Below are positions 20,980 through 31,123 of a stretch of 64,000 nt of DNA, piece by piece (position 1 is the first letter of the stretch; every line of letters begins with the position of its first letter). The notes beneath the pieces are model-generated. The model saw only the letters and a list, made by a program, of their open reading frames with translations. It was not told the DNA's origin and made no database searches. Source of the stretch: Candidatus Latescibacterota bacterium (GTDB taxonomy: Bacteria; Latescibacterota; UBA2968; UBA8231); contig OY730476.1 in NCBI GenBank assembly GCA_963422735.1, positions 2,528,001 to 2,592,000 of the forward strand, written 5' to 3'. Both the position numbers and the translations under genes were made by a program.

Positions 20980-23625
20980 TTAGCGGTCCGTGCCCAATCC
21001 CGCGTACACCGTGATGAAGGAGAGCAGCTCGGACGAAGCCGGTGATCCGTCGAGGTTGTTGCGAATCCAGCGCGCACCGACATTCGTCGTCAGGGCGTAG
21101 CCCAAGTACGCTGAGTCGTTGGCAACTTGGCCGGCGAGCACCCACGTCGTGCCGTCTAGGAGGTAGCCCGAGGGCAGGGGGTCTGGCGTGGGACGGAGAT
21201 TGTTGAACAGCTCGCACTCGGCCCCGGCGATGAAGCGCATGTTTCTGTTGATGCGGCGCACGGTTTGCAGCGAGAAAATTTCCGTTAGCTCGCGGGTTTT
21301 GAGTGCGCTGCGCTGCGCCGGCACCCGGTTGTTGTAAAGCTGTTTCCACTTGGGTACCACGGTCCAGCCACGGATGTGGGTGGAGTACTCGCCTTTGACC
21401 ACGATGCCTAAGAAGCTCTGGTCGCGCAACTCGTCCCTCTGATTCCCCAATTGCTGATAGAATTCGTGTTTGACCTTGGCCGTCAATGGCAGGTAGCGGT
21501 CGTAATGTACTTCGAGGTACGTGGTGTTGACAAAGGCGTCGCACGCTGGTAGGAGGTCGCGAGTAAAGACCGAGCGGCCGCGTGTGCCGGGCAGGTCGCG
21601 CCACAACAGCACGTCGTCGGGAATGTCGTCTCGGACCTTGCGCGGATTGGCAATCAGCCACGCGCTGAAATCCTTTTCGGGAAACTCCTTTTTCGCGGTC
21701 AGCAGCAGGTAAGCGGCTTGGTTTTCCCGGGCCGTCTCTAGCAGGCGCTGATCGAGATAGCCGACCATGACGGTTGTGCGGGGTAAGAGCTCGATGGCTG
21801 CGTAGGTGTTGAATCCTTGGCGGCCCAGCTTGTAGGGATAATCGGCTTCCCCATCGTCCTCAAAGCGGTCGATGACGCCGTTGCTGTTCATGTCCATGCC
21901 GAACAAAAACTCCGGCGGATCCACATCAAAGCGCAAAAACGGCTCCTCGTAGTCGGGCTGAGTGTTGAAGTTCCGGTTGAAATCCGAAATGTCGTCGTTG
22001 TCCTCGTCAATGCCCGGGAAGACCGCGGCGTCGGTCAGCAACTGCTGCCCCTGCCGAGTGTTGACGCGGCGGCCGAATGTGCGCCGCGTCCAGTCCGGCA
22101 ACTCATCCTGATCGTCGTTGTCATCGACGAATTCGTACAGGTGTCGCTGCTCGTTATCGTAAAATACCTGCCCCTCGGCGTTGGGGATGAAGGCACGGGT
22201 AGAGTAATCCGCGTCGATGCTGAAAACCTCGGCGAAAAACGTATAGGGATAGTTGCGTTTTTGCGCGGTCGCGTATAGGGCTTGGGCCTCATTGGTCGCT
22301 AGCGTCTGGTCCTTGGCCATGTTCTCGTTGGGAAAGCGGCGGTTCTGAAAGTTGCGGACGAACTCGCCCCTGAAGTCAAAGCCTTGTAGGTCGGCAATGG
22401 CGAGGTCAAATCCCAACATGCGGGTCCCGGTCGGCAGGCCGTAGCTAAACCGATGAAATGCCTGATTCGAGCCGTCCTTGACGTTGCCGGCTGCGCGCAA
22501 CACCGGCAGGAATACGGGCGTGCCGAGGATGTTTGTCTGCTTGTTGGAGGTCACTTCCACCTTGTAGTCGTTGGCCAGCACGAGGCCGATCTCAATGCGC
22601 TCAATCTCGCGGAAATCGTCGATGGCGTCCTCCGTACTCGGGGAGAAGTCTTCAATGTTGTACGTCAGCGTGATGACATCCGTGCCGCTGGCCACAATCG
22701 CGCCGCCGCGGCGAATGCCGCCCTCGACCACAGCAACGATGTCTTTGGTGTGCTCGACGCCGTTGATGAAGATGCGCCAGCGCGACAACAGTGCGCCGCC
22801 CTCGCCGTCTTCGGGCGAATCGTCGGAAATGCGCACGACAATGGAGCGCACAAAGTCCGTGTTCATCGGGCCGCTGAGCAGGCCGCTGAGCGAGTTGTCG
22901 CCAAAAGGCAGGTTGGAATTGCGATGCGCCGCATTGACAAAGGTCGCGCCGAGGGCGGCAAAATCCCCGATCTGCACCCGCCCCTTGGCCGCCATCAGGG
23001 CGGTGAAGGTATTGGCCTGGACGCCACCTCCGATTTCACTGGAGGAAATTTCTCCGGTGTTGCTGATCCGCGACGACAGCATGGTCAGGGCATACTTGTC
23101 GGTCATAAGATCCCACTGAATGCCGTCGAATCGCGGCTTGGAAAATGTCAGGGGGGTCAGGGTCGTGCGGATGCCGTCGCCCACCATCAGGGCCGAGTGG
23201 AACTGCCCGGAATGGCTCGACGATACGAGCAAGTTGTTAAACCACGAGCTAAAACGCGGATTTTTGGTGATGATGCTGCCGTTGTCTTCCGGGTAGTCTT
23301 CGGTCCAGTCGTACACTAGCCAACCCTGCGTGATGTAATCGCCGTACACGTCGTAGAACGGCGAGCCTTCCAAAAAGACCTCAGTGTAGCGCTCGTAGTG
23401 GTCGCGGGCGTAGTTGGAGTATTGCTCTTGCCGCCAGTCGTATAGCGAGTACAGCCGCTGCGGCAGGTACCACTTGCGCACCGAGGGCACGAGGGTCGCT
23501 GGAGAGACTTCAGTACCGGTGGCGTAATAGGGGTTGTCGTACCCAGTGGCGCGTTGGGCACCCACCTCTTGCGGCGGCGCCCAAGCGAATAGACACATTA
23601 GCAGTGCGAAAATTCGACGTCTCAC
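20980..23625 (-). CDS. Large secreted/outer-membrane hypothetical protein with Asp-rich Ca-binding-like loops
   Basis: GTG start at 23625 with GAGGGAG RBS; signal peptide; DDNDDQDELPD, DEDNDDISD, DMNSNGVID; beta-strand-rich C-terminus. Confidence 0.65.
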   Translation of the reverse strand: MRRRIFALLMCLFAWAPPQEVGAQRATGYDNPYYATGTEVSPATLVPSVRKWYLPQRLYSLYDWRQEQYSNYARDHYERYTEVFLEGSPFYDVYGDYITQGWLVYDWTEDYPEDNGSIITKNPRFSSWFNNLLVSSSHSGQFHSALMVGDGIRTTLTPLTFSKPRFDGIQWDLMTDKYALTMLSSRISNTGEISSSEIGGGVQANTFTALMAAKGRVQIGDFAALGATFVNAAHRNSNLPFGDNSLSGLLSGPMNTDFVRSIVVRISDDSPEDGEGGALLSRWRIFINGVEHTKDIVAVVEGGIRRGGAIVASGTDVITLTYNIEDFSPSTEDAIDDFREIERIEIGLVLANDYKVEVTSNKQTNILGTPVFLPVLRAAGNVKDGSNQAFHRFSYGLPTGTRMLGFDLAIADLQGFDFRGEFVRNFQNRRFPNENMAKDQTLATNEAQALYATAQKRNYPYTFFAEVFSIDADYSTRAFIPNAEGQVFYDNEQRHLYEFVDDNDDQDELPDWTRRTFGRRVNTRQGQQLLTDAAVFPGIDEDNDDISDFNRNFNTQPDYEEPFLRFDVDPPEFLFGMDMNSNGVIDRFEDDGEADYPYKLGRQGFNTYAAIELLPRTTVMVGYLDQRLLETARENQAAYLLLTAKKEFPEKDFSAWLIANPRKVRDDIPDDVLLWRDLPGTRGRSVFTRDLLPACDAFVNTTYLEVHYDRYLPLTAKVKHEFYQQLGNQRDELRDQSFLGIVVKGEYSTHIRGWTVVPKWKQLYNNRVPAQRSALKTRELTEIFSLQTVRRINRNMRFIAGAECELFNNLRPTPDPLPSGYLLDGTTWVLAGQVANDSAYLGYALTTNVGARWIRNNLDGSPASSELLSFITVYAGLGTDR

Positions 23626-23644
23626 GGAGTGCTCCCTCTTAATA

Positions 23645-23867
23645 CCTGACGTTACGCAGTGGTTTGTCGCCGACGAACCCGTCCATGCAGGCGGTGCCCA
23701 ACCGGTGGGGCCCGCTGGCTTCCTGCTTCCGCAGAAAGGACCCCTGCCCCCGTTGAGGGCCGAACCAAGGTGCAGGCCCAAAGCTCGTCATTGCCGCACA
23801 GGCGTGACATCCAGTAGGAGGAGGCGGGGCGAAACCACGCATGGTGTGGCAAACTGCGTAACATCTG
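23645..23867. mobile_element. MITE-like element, 223 bp
   Basis: Imperfect TIRs CTGACGTTACGCAGT (23646-23660) and ACTGCGTAACATCTG (23853-23867); TTAATA duplicated at 23639-23644 and 23868-23873. Confidence 0.75.
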
Positions 23868-26225
23868 TTAATAAGCAACATGCACAAGCCTGTAGGCGCG
23901 GTCGGCGCGGGCGTCTGCTTCTATTGCAATTCGCAGGACATAGACGCCGGGCGGCACCGTGCGGCCGGCACTCCGTCCGTCCCAGACGTAGCGGACGCGC
24001 CGCCCCGGCAAGCCGTAGTTTGCGAGTTCGACCACAGGCCGGCCATCTAGGGTAAAGACCTGTACTTGCGGTACCTGCTCGGTCTTGACGACGGTGAAAT
24101 TCAGTTCGCATTGGTCGTTTGCACCATCGCCGTTGGGGGTTATCGAGCGGGTGTGCTCGACATTGCGGATCAACGAGCCGCTGGAGACCACCTCGGGCAC
24201 GAAGACCAAATCGGCACCGAACTCAGCGGGGACGACGCCTTGGAGGTTATCGCCTGCGGCCGAGTTGAAGACAAACGCGTTGAAGACCGTGGGGCTGTGG
24301 GACAGGCGCGCGGAAAAGGCGATGGCGACCGAATCCCGCCGGACGAGCGGCGGCGGCAGTTCCACTAAGAGCGAATCTCCCCGCAACAGGCCAGTAGCCG
24401 CCACCTCGGCTTCCCCCACGGATGCCCTGATGAATGCGACGTCTTGGTCGCCGCCGGGCGGGAGTAGGATGAGCGCGCGGTCGAACCCGGCGTCTCGGCT
24501 ATTGAAGGCCACCGGGGCGAGGGTGTAGCGAAACGTCTGCAATGTGTCCATAGCGGCTTCGCGGGGGAAGATGCGGCCCGTCAGTCCAGCCGTGATGACC
24601 GGCGCATTGGCCACAAACGTGAGCGATCGCAGGGTGGGGAAGACCGCTGGATCGTCGCTGATGAGCCGCACCCGCGCTCGCAGCCACTGCCGCGGCGATG
24701 GCGAAAGGAATGCCTGCCCTGAAAACCGGTGGGGTTGGCTATACGCGCTCCAAGTGTCGTCGCGCACCTGTTCCTCGACGATGTCGCCGCGGTTGCGGGA
24801 CTTGGCAGACTCGTAGGCTTGTTTGGTCACTTCTTTGCCGTTGGCGAGGAAGTAGCGCTTGATGGTCTGGAAGCCATTGCCGGTCTGGGTTTCCACTTCG
24901 ATGCGGGTTCCGGGCGGCAGGTCGGCGTCCCATTCGACGAAGCGCATGCTGCGGGCGCCGCCGAGGAAAATGTCTTCGGACTCCAGCTCGACTTGCACGG
25001 GATAGCCCTCGCTGTGGAAGACGAAGAGTTGGACGGCGCGGTGGAACTGCTGCGGCCGCGTTACGCGCCACAACAGCAGCCGCAGTGCGCGTGGCTCGAA
25101 CTGGAAATCGAACAAATAGCGGCCGGAGTTATCCACGGACGACAGCAACTCGTAGTGGAAAGTACCTTCGACGACCGGATCGGAGCTATTGCTCGGGGTA
25201 CCGTCGGAGACGAAGAAATCGAAGCTGGGCCAACTGCCCTGCTTGTCGCGCTGGAATCCGTAGAGGAACGGGCCGCGGCCCGACACAATCGGCATCCAGA
25301 TGAGTCGATCGACGCGAAAGACATTGCCGAAATCGACGACGGACCAGACGCCCGAATCGCGCCAGTTGCCCTTGTCCGACGCCTCGATGTTCCACCCGCG
25401 AAATCCCACATTTTGGTCGATGAGGGCCTCAGCTCCGCTGCCCTTGCCACAGCCCTCGCAGTCGCGGTGCTTGGACGTCCATGTCCGTCCTCCCCAGTGC
25501 TCGGCACGATCCTCGGTCTGCACCATGGAGGAGAGGTTGAAGCCAATGCCGTCCACCTCTATTTCGGCGAGCGCGGCTTCGGGCGTTGCGCCGGCTGCTT
25601 CAAAGCGCACGAAGCGCACGATGTCGAAGTCGAGGACCTCGCTCGCGCTCAGGTACTCGCCCGTGGCCGGGGAGAGGCCAGTCGTGGTGAGGTCAAACTC
25701 GACCAGGGACTCGGTGTTGTTGTTGACCGGCCTGCCCAAGCGGCGATAGACGATGCGCTTGGCCCGGCCGCCGAAGACCGGAATGCCCGGGCTGACGTAC
25801 ACCGAGAAAAAGTTAAAGGGCTTGGCCCCTTCGCGGTCGGGAAAGAGGACGCGCACCTTGTCGGCCACGACGGTGCGCCCCAAGTCTAGTTCCAGCCACC
25901 ACGACTGTACCGGGGTGTCCGGGTCGGGCTGCCACCAAGTATTGGGGTCTTGGTCGCCGGCTAGGTCGGCCTGCTGCTGGTTGGACGGCGTGCGCACAAA
26001 ACGCTGCCCGTAGTCGCCGATGGCCTTGGAGGAAAACTCGCGGGCGTTGGCCACCGCGTTGAACCGCTGCCCAAAGCGCTTCACTTTAATGGACTGAGGC
26101 AAGACCTCGACTAGCCCCTGCGGATGGGCCCAAGAAGCAAAGTCGGATCCGGCAAAGCGCAGGTTCTGGCTGCTTGCTGCAGCCGCGAGCAGGAGGGGAA
26201 AAATGGCTAACGATAGCGTTTTCAT
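23868..26225 (-). CDS. Secreted protein with discoidin-like domains and C-terminal PNGDG/FlgD-Ig-like domain
   Basis: Signal peptide; WWLELDLG; ITPNGDGAND, WDGR..VPPGVY; ends VHVAY. Confidence 0.7.
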   Translation of the reverse strand: MKTLSLAIFPLLLAAAASSQNLRFAGSDFASWAHPQGLVEVLPQSIKVKRFGQRFNAVANAREFSSKAIGDYGQRFVRTPSNQQQADLAGDQDPNTWWQPDPDTPVQSWWLELDLGRTVVADKVRVLFPDREGAKPFNFFSVYVSPGIPVFGGRAKRIVYRRLGRPVNNNTESLVEFDLTTTGLSPATGEYLSASEVLDFDIVRFVRFEAAGATPEAALAEIEVDGIGFNLSSMVQTEDRAEHWGGRTWTSKHRDCEGCGKGSGAEALIDQNVGFRGWNIEASDKGNWRDSGVWSVVDFGNVFRVDRLIWMPIVSGRGPFLYGFQRDKQGSWPSFDFFVSDGTPSNSSDPVVEGTFHYELLSSVDNSGRYLFDFQFEPRALRLLLWRVTRPQQFHRAVQLFVFHSEGYPVQVELESEDIFLGGARSMRFVEWDADLPPGTRIEVETQTGNGFQTIKRYFLANGKEVTKQAYESAKSRNRGDIVEEQVRDDTWSAYSQPHRFSGQAFLSPSPRQWLRARVRLISDDPAVFPTLRSLTFVANAPVITAGLTGRIFPREAAMDTLQTFRYTLAPVAFNSRDAGFDRALILLPPGGDQDVAFIRASVGEAEVAATGLLRGDSLLVELPPPLVRRDSVAIAFSARLSHSPTVFNAFVFNSAAGDNLQGVVPAEFGADLVFVPEVVSSGSLIRNVEHTRSITPNGDGANDQCELNFTVVKTEQVPQVQVFTLDGRPVVELANYGLPGRRVRYVWDGRSAGRTVPPGVYVLRIAIEADARADRAYRLVHVAY

Positions 26226-26235
26226 AGTGCCTCCG

Positions 26236-28293
26236 TCAGTACGCGACCCCGACCGTTTCCATGCGGGCAAATGTGCCGCGATCAACCTCGACCTCGACGC
26301 CGACTAGGTACAGCCCCGGGGGCACGAGTTTCCCCCGCTCGGCCCGCGCATCCCACCGCAGCGCATACGGCCCGGCTGCGGCCCGCGCATCCAAAATTGC
26401 GGCGCAGCGACGACCGCTCAGGTCGTACACCTCCACCCGCAACGCGCCCCCATCGACGCCGAACAAATCGAATCCAATGGCGACCTGCTCGTTGACCCCA
26501 TCGCCGTTGGGCGTGATCACGGGTGAAGACAGTCCAACCGCCCCGAGAATGCCTAGGCCTGTGTCGCTGGAGACGACTTGGATGCTGTTGCTGGACACAT
26601 CGGCGTGGGCGTCTCCGGCCTCAATGGACTGCGGCAAACTAACAGCCAGGGTGTTAAAAAGACGGCTGGCTAAAAAGACCGATGGCTGGAAAACCGCGCC
26701 TTGAAAGCGCACGCGAAACGCCTTGTCTTCCTGGAACGCTGTGGGAAAGGTGAAGCGCAAACGTCCGTCGCTAGCGGCGATGGAAAAATTCACATCCTCG
26801 GCTGCCGGCTGGTCGTCAATGGTCAGGTCGAGGAAGCGGGTGGCCGGAGGAACCTCCAACTCGATGCCGTCGAATCCCGCGTGGTCGGTTGCGCCGGCCT
26901 CTGTGCGAATGTGATAGGCAAAGCGCTGGATGACCCCGAGGGGCACCTCGACGGCACCGTCCGCATCGGTGCGCCCGTCGAGGGCAATTTCCGCCAGTGC
27001 GCGGTCGGCCAACAGCGGCGAGACCTCAAAGGCCAAGCTGTCGAGTACGCCAAAGGCCATCGGGTCTTCGGTGGTGATAGTAAAGCGAAATTGGAGGAAC
27101 TCGGCTCCGTCTGAGGAGCGGATCTCGTCGCCCGATGCTTGGTAATTGACCGACCAGTTATTCCAGTTTTCTACATCGTCGTCGCGCTTGGCCCGGAAGC
27201 CGGCGATCCCCTCGGAAAACCGTTCTACCACCCGCGGCGAGTCGAAATAGGTCTTCTCATCTACTTCCACCAGCCGGCCGAGGTCGTCGAAGATGAAGTA
27301 CGTCTTGGGGTCGGCGTCGAAGCCAGCGCGGGTCTGCAAGTATAGCTGCACCGGCGCGGTGGGGTCGGCGGTGATCGCGCCGGAAGGCAATTGGCGATAG
27401 CGGGTGAATTTCCACGCGACCCGTCCCAAGCTCACGGCTTGGCCGAAAGAATGGGGCGCGGAGATGTAGCGGGCCTCTTGGGGGTAGCCGCGGCCAAAGA
27501 CCTCGATTTCGGCCAGCAAGGTCGTGGTGGAGACCTCCCCGAACTTGAAGCGGAGAAAGCGAGTAAAGCGCAACCCTGGTGCGAGGGAGACGACACTCGT
27601 GTTGTTGGCAAAGGTGCTGGCGATAATCTCGTCGAGGGGGTGGTACCCCGCCGACCCAGTTGAAACGGTTTCGTCCTCAAAGATCAGCCATTCAACCGGC
27701 ACGTTCGTCCGGCTGACTTCATAGGCGCGGGCGAATAGTTCGCGCTGCCTTTGGTTGTCGCTGGTCAGCCCAGTCTGTGGCGGAAAGAACACGATGCTGT
27801 CAACGGGCACTGGCACGCCGAGGTCGAGTGTGATGAATTGCGCGCTGTTGGGACGGCCATCGGCCCGCGCCCTGTGAGTATAGCCCGCGGTTAGTCCGTC
27901 GCCATCGACTAGCCCGCGCATGACCTCTGGGGCGAGGGCGTTGGTTCCGCCCCCCAGCCACAGACGCGGGTGCCACCCAACCTCTAAGGTGTCGGCCTCG
28001 ATCTGACGCGGCCCCTTGTGCAAGCTCCAGCGATAGCCAAAGAGGTTGCGCTGAGTCGTGGCAATGCCAGTGCGCACGAGTTGGCGAGTAACCGTGTGGC
28101 CTAGGGGAATTGCCCGCGGCTGGATCGCCCCAGCGCGCGCGGAGTCGTCGAGGGCGATCCAGTGCGCTACGGCCTCGGCCCAAGGCTCGCCGCTTGTGCC
28201 CCCTACGACCCAAGCCGAGGGCGTCTGCGCCGCCACCCGGCCGCTGATGGCGAGGAGCAACACCAGCCACCGCATGTTGCTCGGAGCGGTCAA
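26236..28293 (-). CDS. Secreted paralog with C-terminal PNGDG/FlgD-Ig-like domain
   Basis: Signal peptide; ITLDLG; ITPNGDGVNE, YDLSGR, WDAR..VPPGLY; ends VGVAY. Confidence 0.7.
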   Translation of the reverse strand: MTAPSNMRWLVLLLAISGRVAAQTPSAWVVGGTSGEPWAEAVAHWIALDDSARAGAIQPRAIPLGHTVTRQLVRTGIATTQRNLFGYRWSLHKGPRQIEADTLEVGWHPRLWLGGGTNALAPEVMRGLVDGDGLTAGYTHRARADGRPNSAQFITLDLGVPVPVDSIVFFPPQTGLTSDNQRQRELFARAYEVSRTNVPVEWLIFEDETVSTGSAGYHPLDEIIASTFANNTSVVSLAPGLRFTRFLRFKFGEVSTTTLLAEIEVFGRGYPQEARYISAPHSFGQAVSLGRVAWKFTRYRQLPSGAITADPTAPVQLYLQTRAGFDADPKTYFIFDDLGRLVEVDEKTYFDSPRVVERFSEGIAGFRAKRDDDVENWNNWSVNYQASGDEIRSSDGAEFLQFRFTITTEDPMAFGVLDSLAFEVSPLLADRALAEIALDGRTDADGAVEVPLGVIQRFAYHIRTEAGATDHAGFDGIELEVPPATRFLDLTIDDQPAAEDVNFSIAASDGRLRFTFPTAFQEDKAFRVRFQGAVFQPSVFLASRLFNTLAVSLPQSIEAGDAHADVSSNSIQVVSSDTGLGILGAVGLSSPVITPNGDGVNEQVAIGFDLFGVDGGALRVEVYDLSGRRCAAILDARAAAGPYALRWDARAERGKLVPPGLYLVGVEVEVDRGTFARMETVGVAY

Positions 28294-30278
28294 TAGGCCA
28301 CCCCTACAGGCTCTACTGCGGCAAACATGTCGAAGTCGGCCTCCACGCCGACGCGGCAGAGGTACAGGCCCGGGGGCACCAAGCTGCCCTGTTCGTTGCG
28401 GCCGTCCCAGATTTCGGAGTAAAAGCCGGCGGGCCGCGGCTGGGAGACTAGCTGCCGCACCCGGCGTCCGCTGAGGTCAAAGACCTCGACCGCCACTGCT
28501 GTATCCGCGGTGAACTGGGACAACACGAGGTCAATGGCAACGGCATCGTTGCGGCCGTCGCCATTGGGCGAGATCATAGCCGTTGAAAGCGCTAATTGCA
28601 GCTCGGGCTGTGCCTGAGTCGCAAAGGCGTTGGTTGCGTTCGTGCCCGCTAGTTCGCTGGCGTTGCCCGGGGAGATGGGATGCGGCGGGACGCTCCCCGC
28701 GCCGAGGAGATAGGCGTTGATCGGGGTATTGTGTCCCAGCAGCCGCAGGCGGAAGGATATCCGCAGGGGTTGGTTGTTGTCGGCGGTGACGGGCGCAAAG
28801 AAAATGTCGAAGCCGCTCTCGGTCGCCGTCCATTCAAAGTCTTCTACGGCCGCGAGGGGGTCGCCCATTTGCAGGCTCTCGAATACCGGCGGTGGAGACG
28901 TCTCAATGCGGACGCCGCGATACCCGGCCACATCGGCTGCGAACTCGGTGCGGATGTCATAGGTAAAGGTCGTGTCGATGCCCCCTTCGACTTCGAGCAG
29001 GCCGCTGGCGGGAAAGGGATCGGCGGCGAGGGCCACCTCGCCAACGGCCTCGCCGACCAGCCTAGGAGAAAATTCCACCTGAAAAGTGTCGATGCGCACG
29101 GCATTTTCGGCGTCGCCATCGAAGAGAATGCGGAACTGCATGAACTCTCTCGGGCTGGGTAACCCGATGGGCACCTCGATCGTACCCATGCCCGCGATGT
29201 GCGTACTCGGCGACCACGCGCTCCAGTTGTCAACATCGTCGCGGATATCGCCCTTGACGAAATCACGCACCGGTCCTTGCTCTTCGACCGGCAGATTGAG
29301 ATAGTCGGCCCGGTCCAGCTCCTCTAATAGTTCGCCCGTGACTGCGTCTTGGCGAAACAAGGCGCGCCGCGGCAGACTGGTGTTGTATTCGGCTGCGGTC
29401 ACCTCCTGCTGGCGACCGGTGTCGCGATCGCGGCGAAAGTACGCCAGCGGGCTGTCGTCGGCTCCGGTCCGCATCTGGATGGCCGCGGTCGCGGCCCCGG
29501 TCGTTCCGAATCGCGTGGCGTGTACGCGCAAGCGGCCGTAGTTGACTGGGCCACCAAAGGAATGCAAAGCCGACTCGTAGCTGGCGACCGGCACAAAGCC
29601 CTGCCCGTAGATTTCAAACTCCGCGATATTGAACACCGTCTTCGACAGCACGCGCAGCTGTAGGAAGCGGCCCTGCAAGGGGGCAAATTCGATATCTACT
29701 GTGGATTCGCGGTTGACATCAACCCGCCGCAAGAGCGCGTATTGCGGCCGGTTGATGTCGTTGAAGTTTTCTCCGTCATTGACTCGCAGTTCAAAGGCTT
29801 TGACAAAGGCGTCATCGTCGGGAGCGGGAAAGAAACGAATGCGGTTGACCGGGAAGGGCGCACCTAGATCCCAGAAGAACGTCGCCCCGGCTTGGCTCTG
29901 TGCGGTCTTGAACACACCTGACGAGGAGGTCGTCGGATCGCCGTCGATTAGGTCGAGAGGGCCGGCGACTTGATTGAAGAAGCCGTCGTTGGACCATGCT
30001 CGCGGCTGGCCGCCGAGGGTGAAGTCGCGGGGTTGGCCGTTGAGAAAGCGTTGGCCCGAAGCGCGAAGCAGTTCGATGAGGTTTTCCCCGGCCTGTAGCT
30101 GCAAGGGCTGCAGAGCACCATCGACGTCTAGCGCGCCGATCTGCGTCTCGGCCTGCGAGACCCACGAAAGCCCCCCCTTGCCGATGTGCCACACCTCGAC
30201 TTGGGCATCGCTTGGCGCTAGTCCCCCAAGCACCGCTAGGAAGGTGCCGACGAGGGATCTGGACGCGGGGGCGGTCAT
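28290..30278 (-). CDS. Secreted paralog with C-terminal PNGDG/FlgD-Ig-like domain
   Basis: Signal peptide; FWDLG; ISPNGDGRND, FDLSGR, WDGRNEQG..VPPGLY; ends VGVAY. Confidence 0.7.
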   Translation of the reverse strand: MTAPASRSLVGTFLAVLGGLAPSDAQVEVWHIGKGGLSWVSQAETQIGALDVDGALQPLQLQAGENLIELLRASGQRFLNGQPRDFTLGGQPRAWSNDGFFNQVAGPLDLIDGDPTTSSSGVFKTAQSQAGATFFWDLGAPFPVNRIRFFPAPDDDAFVKAFELRVNDGENFNDINRPQYALLRRVDVNRESTVDIEFAPLQGRFLQLRVLSKTVFNIAEFEIYGQGFVPVASYESALHSFGGPVNYGRLRVHATRFGTTGAATAAIQMRTGADDSPLAYFRRDRDTGRQQEVTAAEYNTSLPRRALFRQDAVTGELLEELDRADYLNLPVEEQGPVRDFVKGDIRDDVDNWSAWSPSTHIAGMGTIEVPIGLPSPREFMQFRILFDGDAENAVRIDTFQVEFSPRLVGEAVGEVALAADPFPASGLLEVEGGIDTTFTYDIRTEFAADVAGYRGVRIETSPPPVFESLQMGDPLAAVEDFEWTATESGFDIFFAPVTADNNQPLRISFRLRLLGHNTPINAYLLGAGSVPPHPISPGNASELAGTNATNAFATQAQPELQLALSTAMISPNGDGRNDAVAIDLVLSQFTADTAVAVEVFDLSGRRVRQLVSQPRPAGFYSEIWDGRNEQGSLVPPGLYLCRVGVEADFDMFAAVEPVGVAY

Positions 30279-30991
30279 CAGTTGAGCCGGACCGCGGCCG
30301 AGGGGTCATACCCTTGCAAGGTGTCGCGCTGAAAGGAGAAGCTCAGGTCAATCGCCTCTACGGGGGCGTCTGCATAGTCGAAGCGCAAGACGATGTTCTC
30401 GATGTGTACTTGGATCGCCCGGACATCGTCGTCGAGGACGGGGAAGACTAAATACCCCTGCTCTTCGCTGCCGCTGAAGACCAAGGCCCCGCTGTACAGC
30501 GTCCTCTTGAGCGCGTCCGTGCGGGCTTGAAAGGTCTTGCGCCCTTGCCCCGTGCGGCCCAGCCAATACGACCGAAAATACTGATATAATTGAGCGTAGC
30601 TCAGCGCCGCGTACTGCCGGGTGTTGGCCGCGGCAATGTGCGCGTTAAGCGGGTCGATCTTGATCTTGGGATATTGATAGTTGTTGACCTTGAGCCTAAA
30701 GACGGTAAACCGCGGCGGCGTCCACTCGTCGCCCGCGGCAGTCCACTCGCCAAAGGTGTAAGGGTTGTCGGACAGGTCTGGCCCGGGGGCGAGGCGGTTT
30801 AATTCCTCGTCCGTCATGGGCTTGAGCTCAATCGACAGGCGGTCGAGGGCATAGGTGATGGAGCCGTCGTCGTTGACGGTCATGCCCTCGGCTTGGCGGC
30901 TGGCGGGTTGGAGCGGCGTGTGAAAGTAGCGGCCGCAAGCCCCCACCAGCAGGGCCAGTAGTAAGGACCAAGCCCAGAGCCGTTTGTACAC
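30278..30991 (-). CDS. Hypothetical lipoprotein
   Basis: Lipobox LVGA-C; GTG start after a G-rich RBS; stop overlaps the next start. Confidence 0.65.
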   Translation of the reverse strand: MYKRLWAWSLLLALLVGACGRYFHTPLQPASRQAEGMTVNDDGSITYALDRLSIELKPMTDEELNRLAPGPDLSDNPYTFGEWTAAGDEWTPPRFTVFRLKVNNYQYPKIKIDPLNAHIAAANTRQYAALSYAQLYQYFRSYWLGRTGQGRKTFQARTDALKRTLYSGALVFSGSEEQGYLVFPVLDDDVRAIQVHIENIVLRFDYADAPVEAIDLSFSFQRDTLQGYDPSAAVRLN

Positions 30992-31053
30992 GGTGCAACC
31001 CCCTTAGAAGCTGTTTGGAAACGCCTCGAACAAGGAATTTCCAGACAGCTTTT

Positions 31054-31094
31054 AAAAAAGAAGTCAGGCCAATTAAGGGTCTAATTGGCCCGAC
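31054..31094 (-). terminator. Rho-independent terminator
   Basis: Stem GGCCAATTA/TAATTGGCC within 31063-31094, followed on the minus strand by TTCTTTTTT, about 30 nt after the stop of 31124-32071. Confidence 0.75.
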
Positions 31095-31123
31095 GGATTC
31101 TTAAGTACTGCGATACTTGTTGT

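Noticed and set aside
23626-23781. N-terminal extension of the 933-aa ORF
   Set aside because: Lies mostly within the MITE; the real start is GTG 23625 with RBS and signal peptide
24729-25889. Long antisense and off-frame ORFs (also 9576-10262, 22453-23319, 41009-42022)
   Set aside because: Shadow ORFs expected in GC-rich coding DNA
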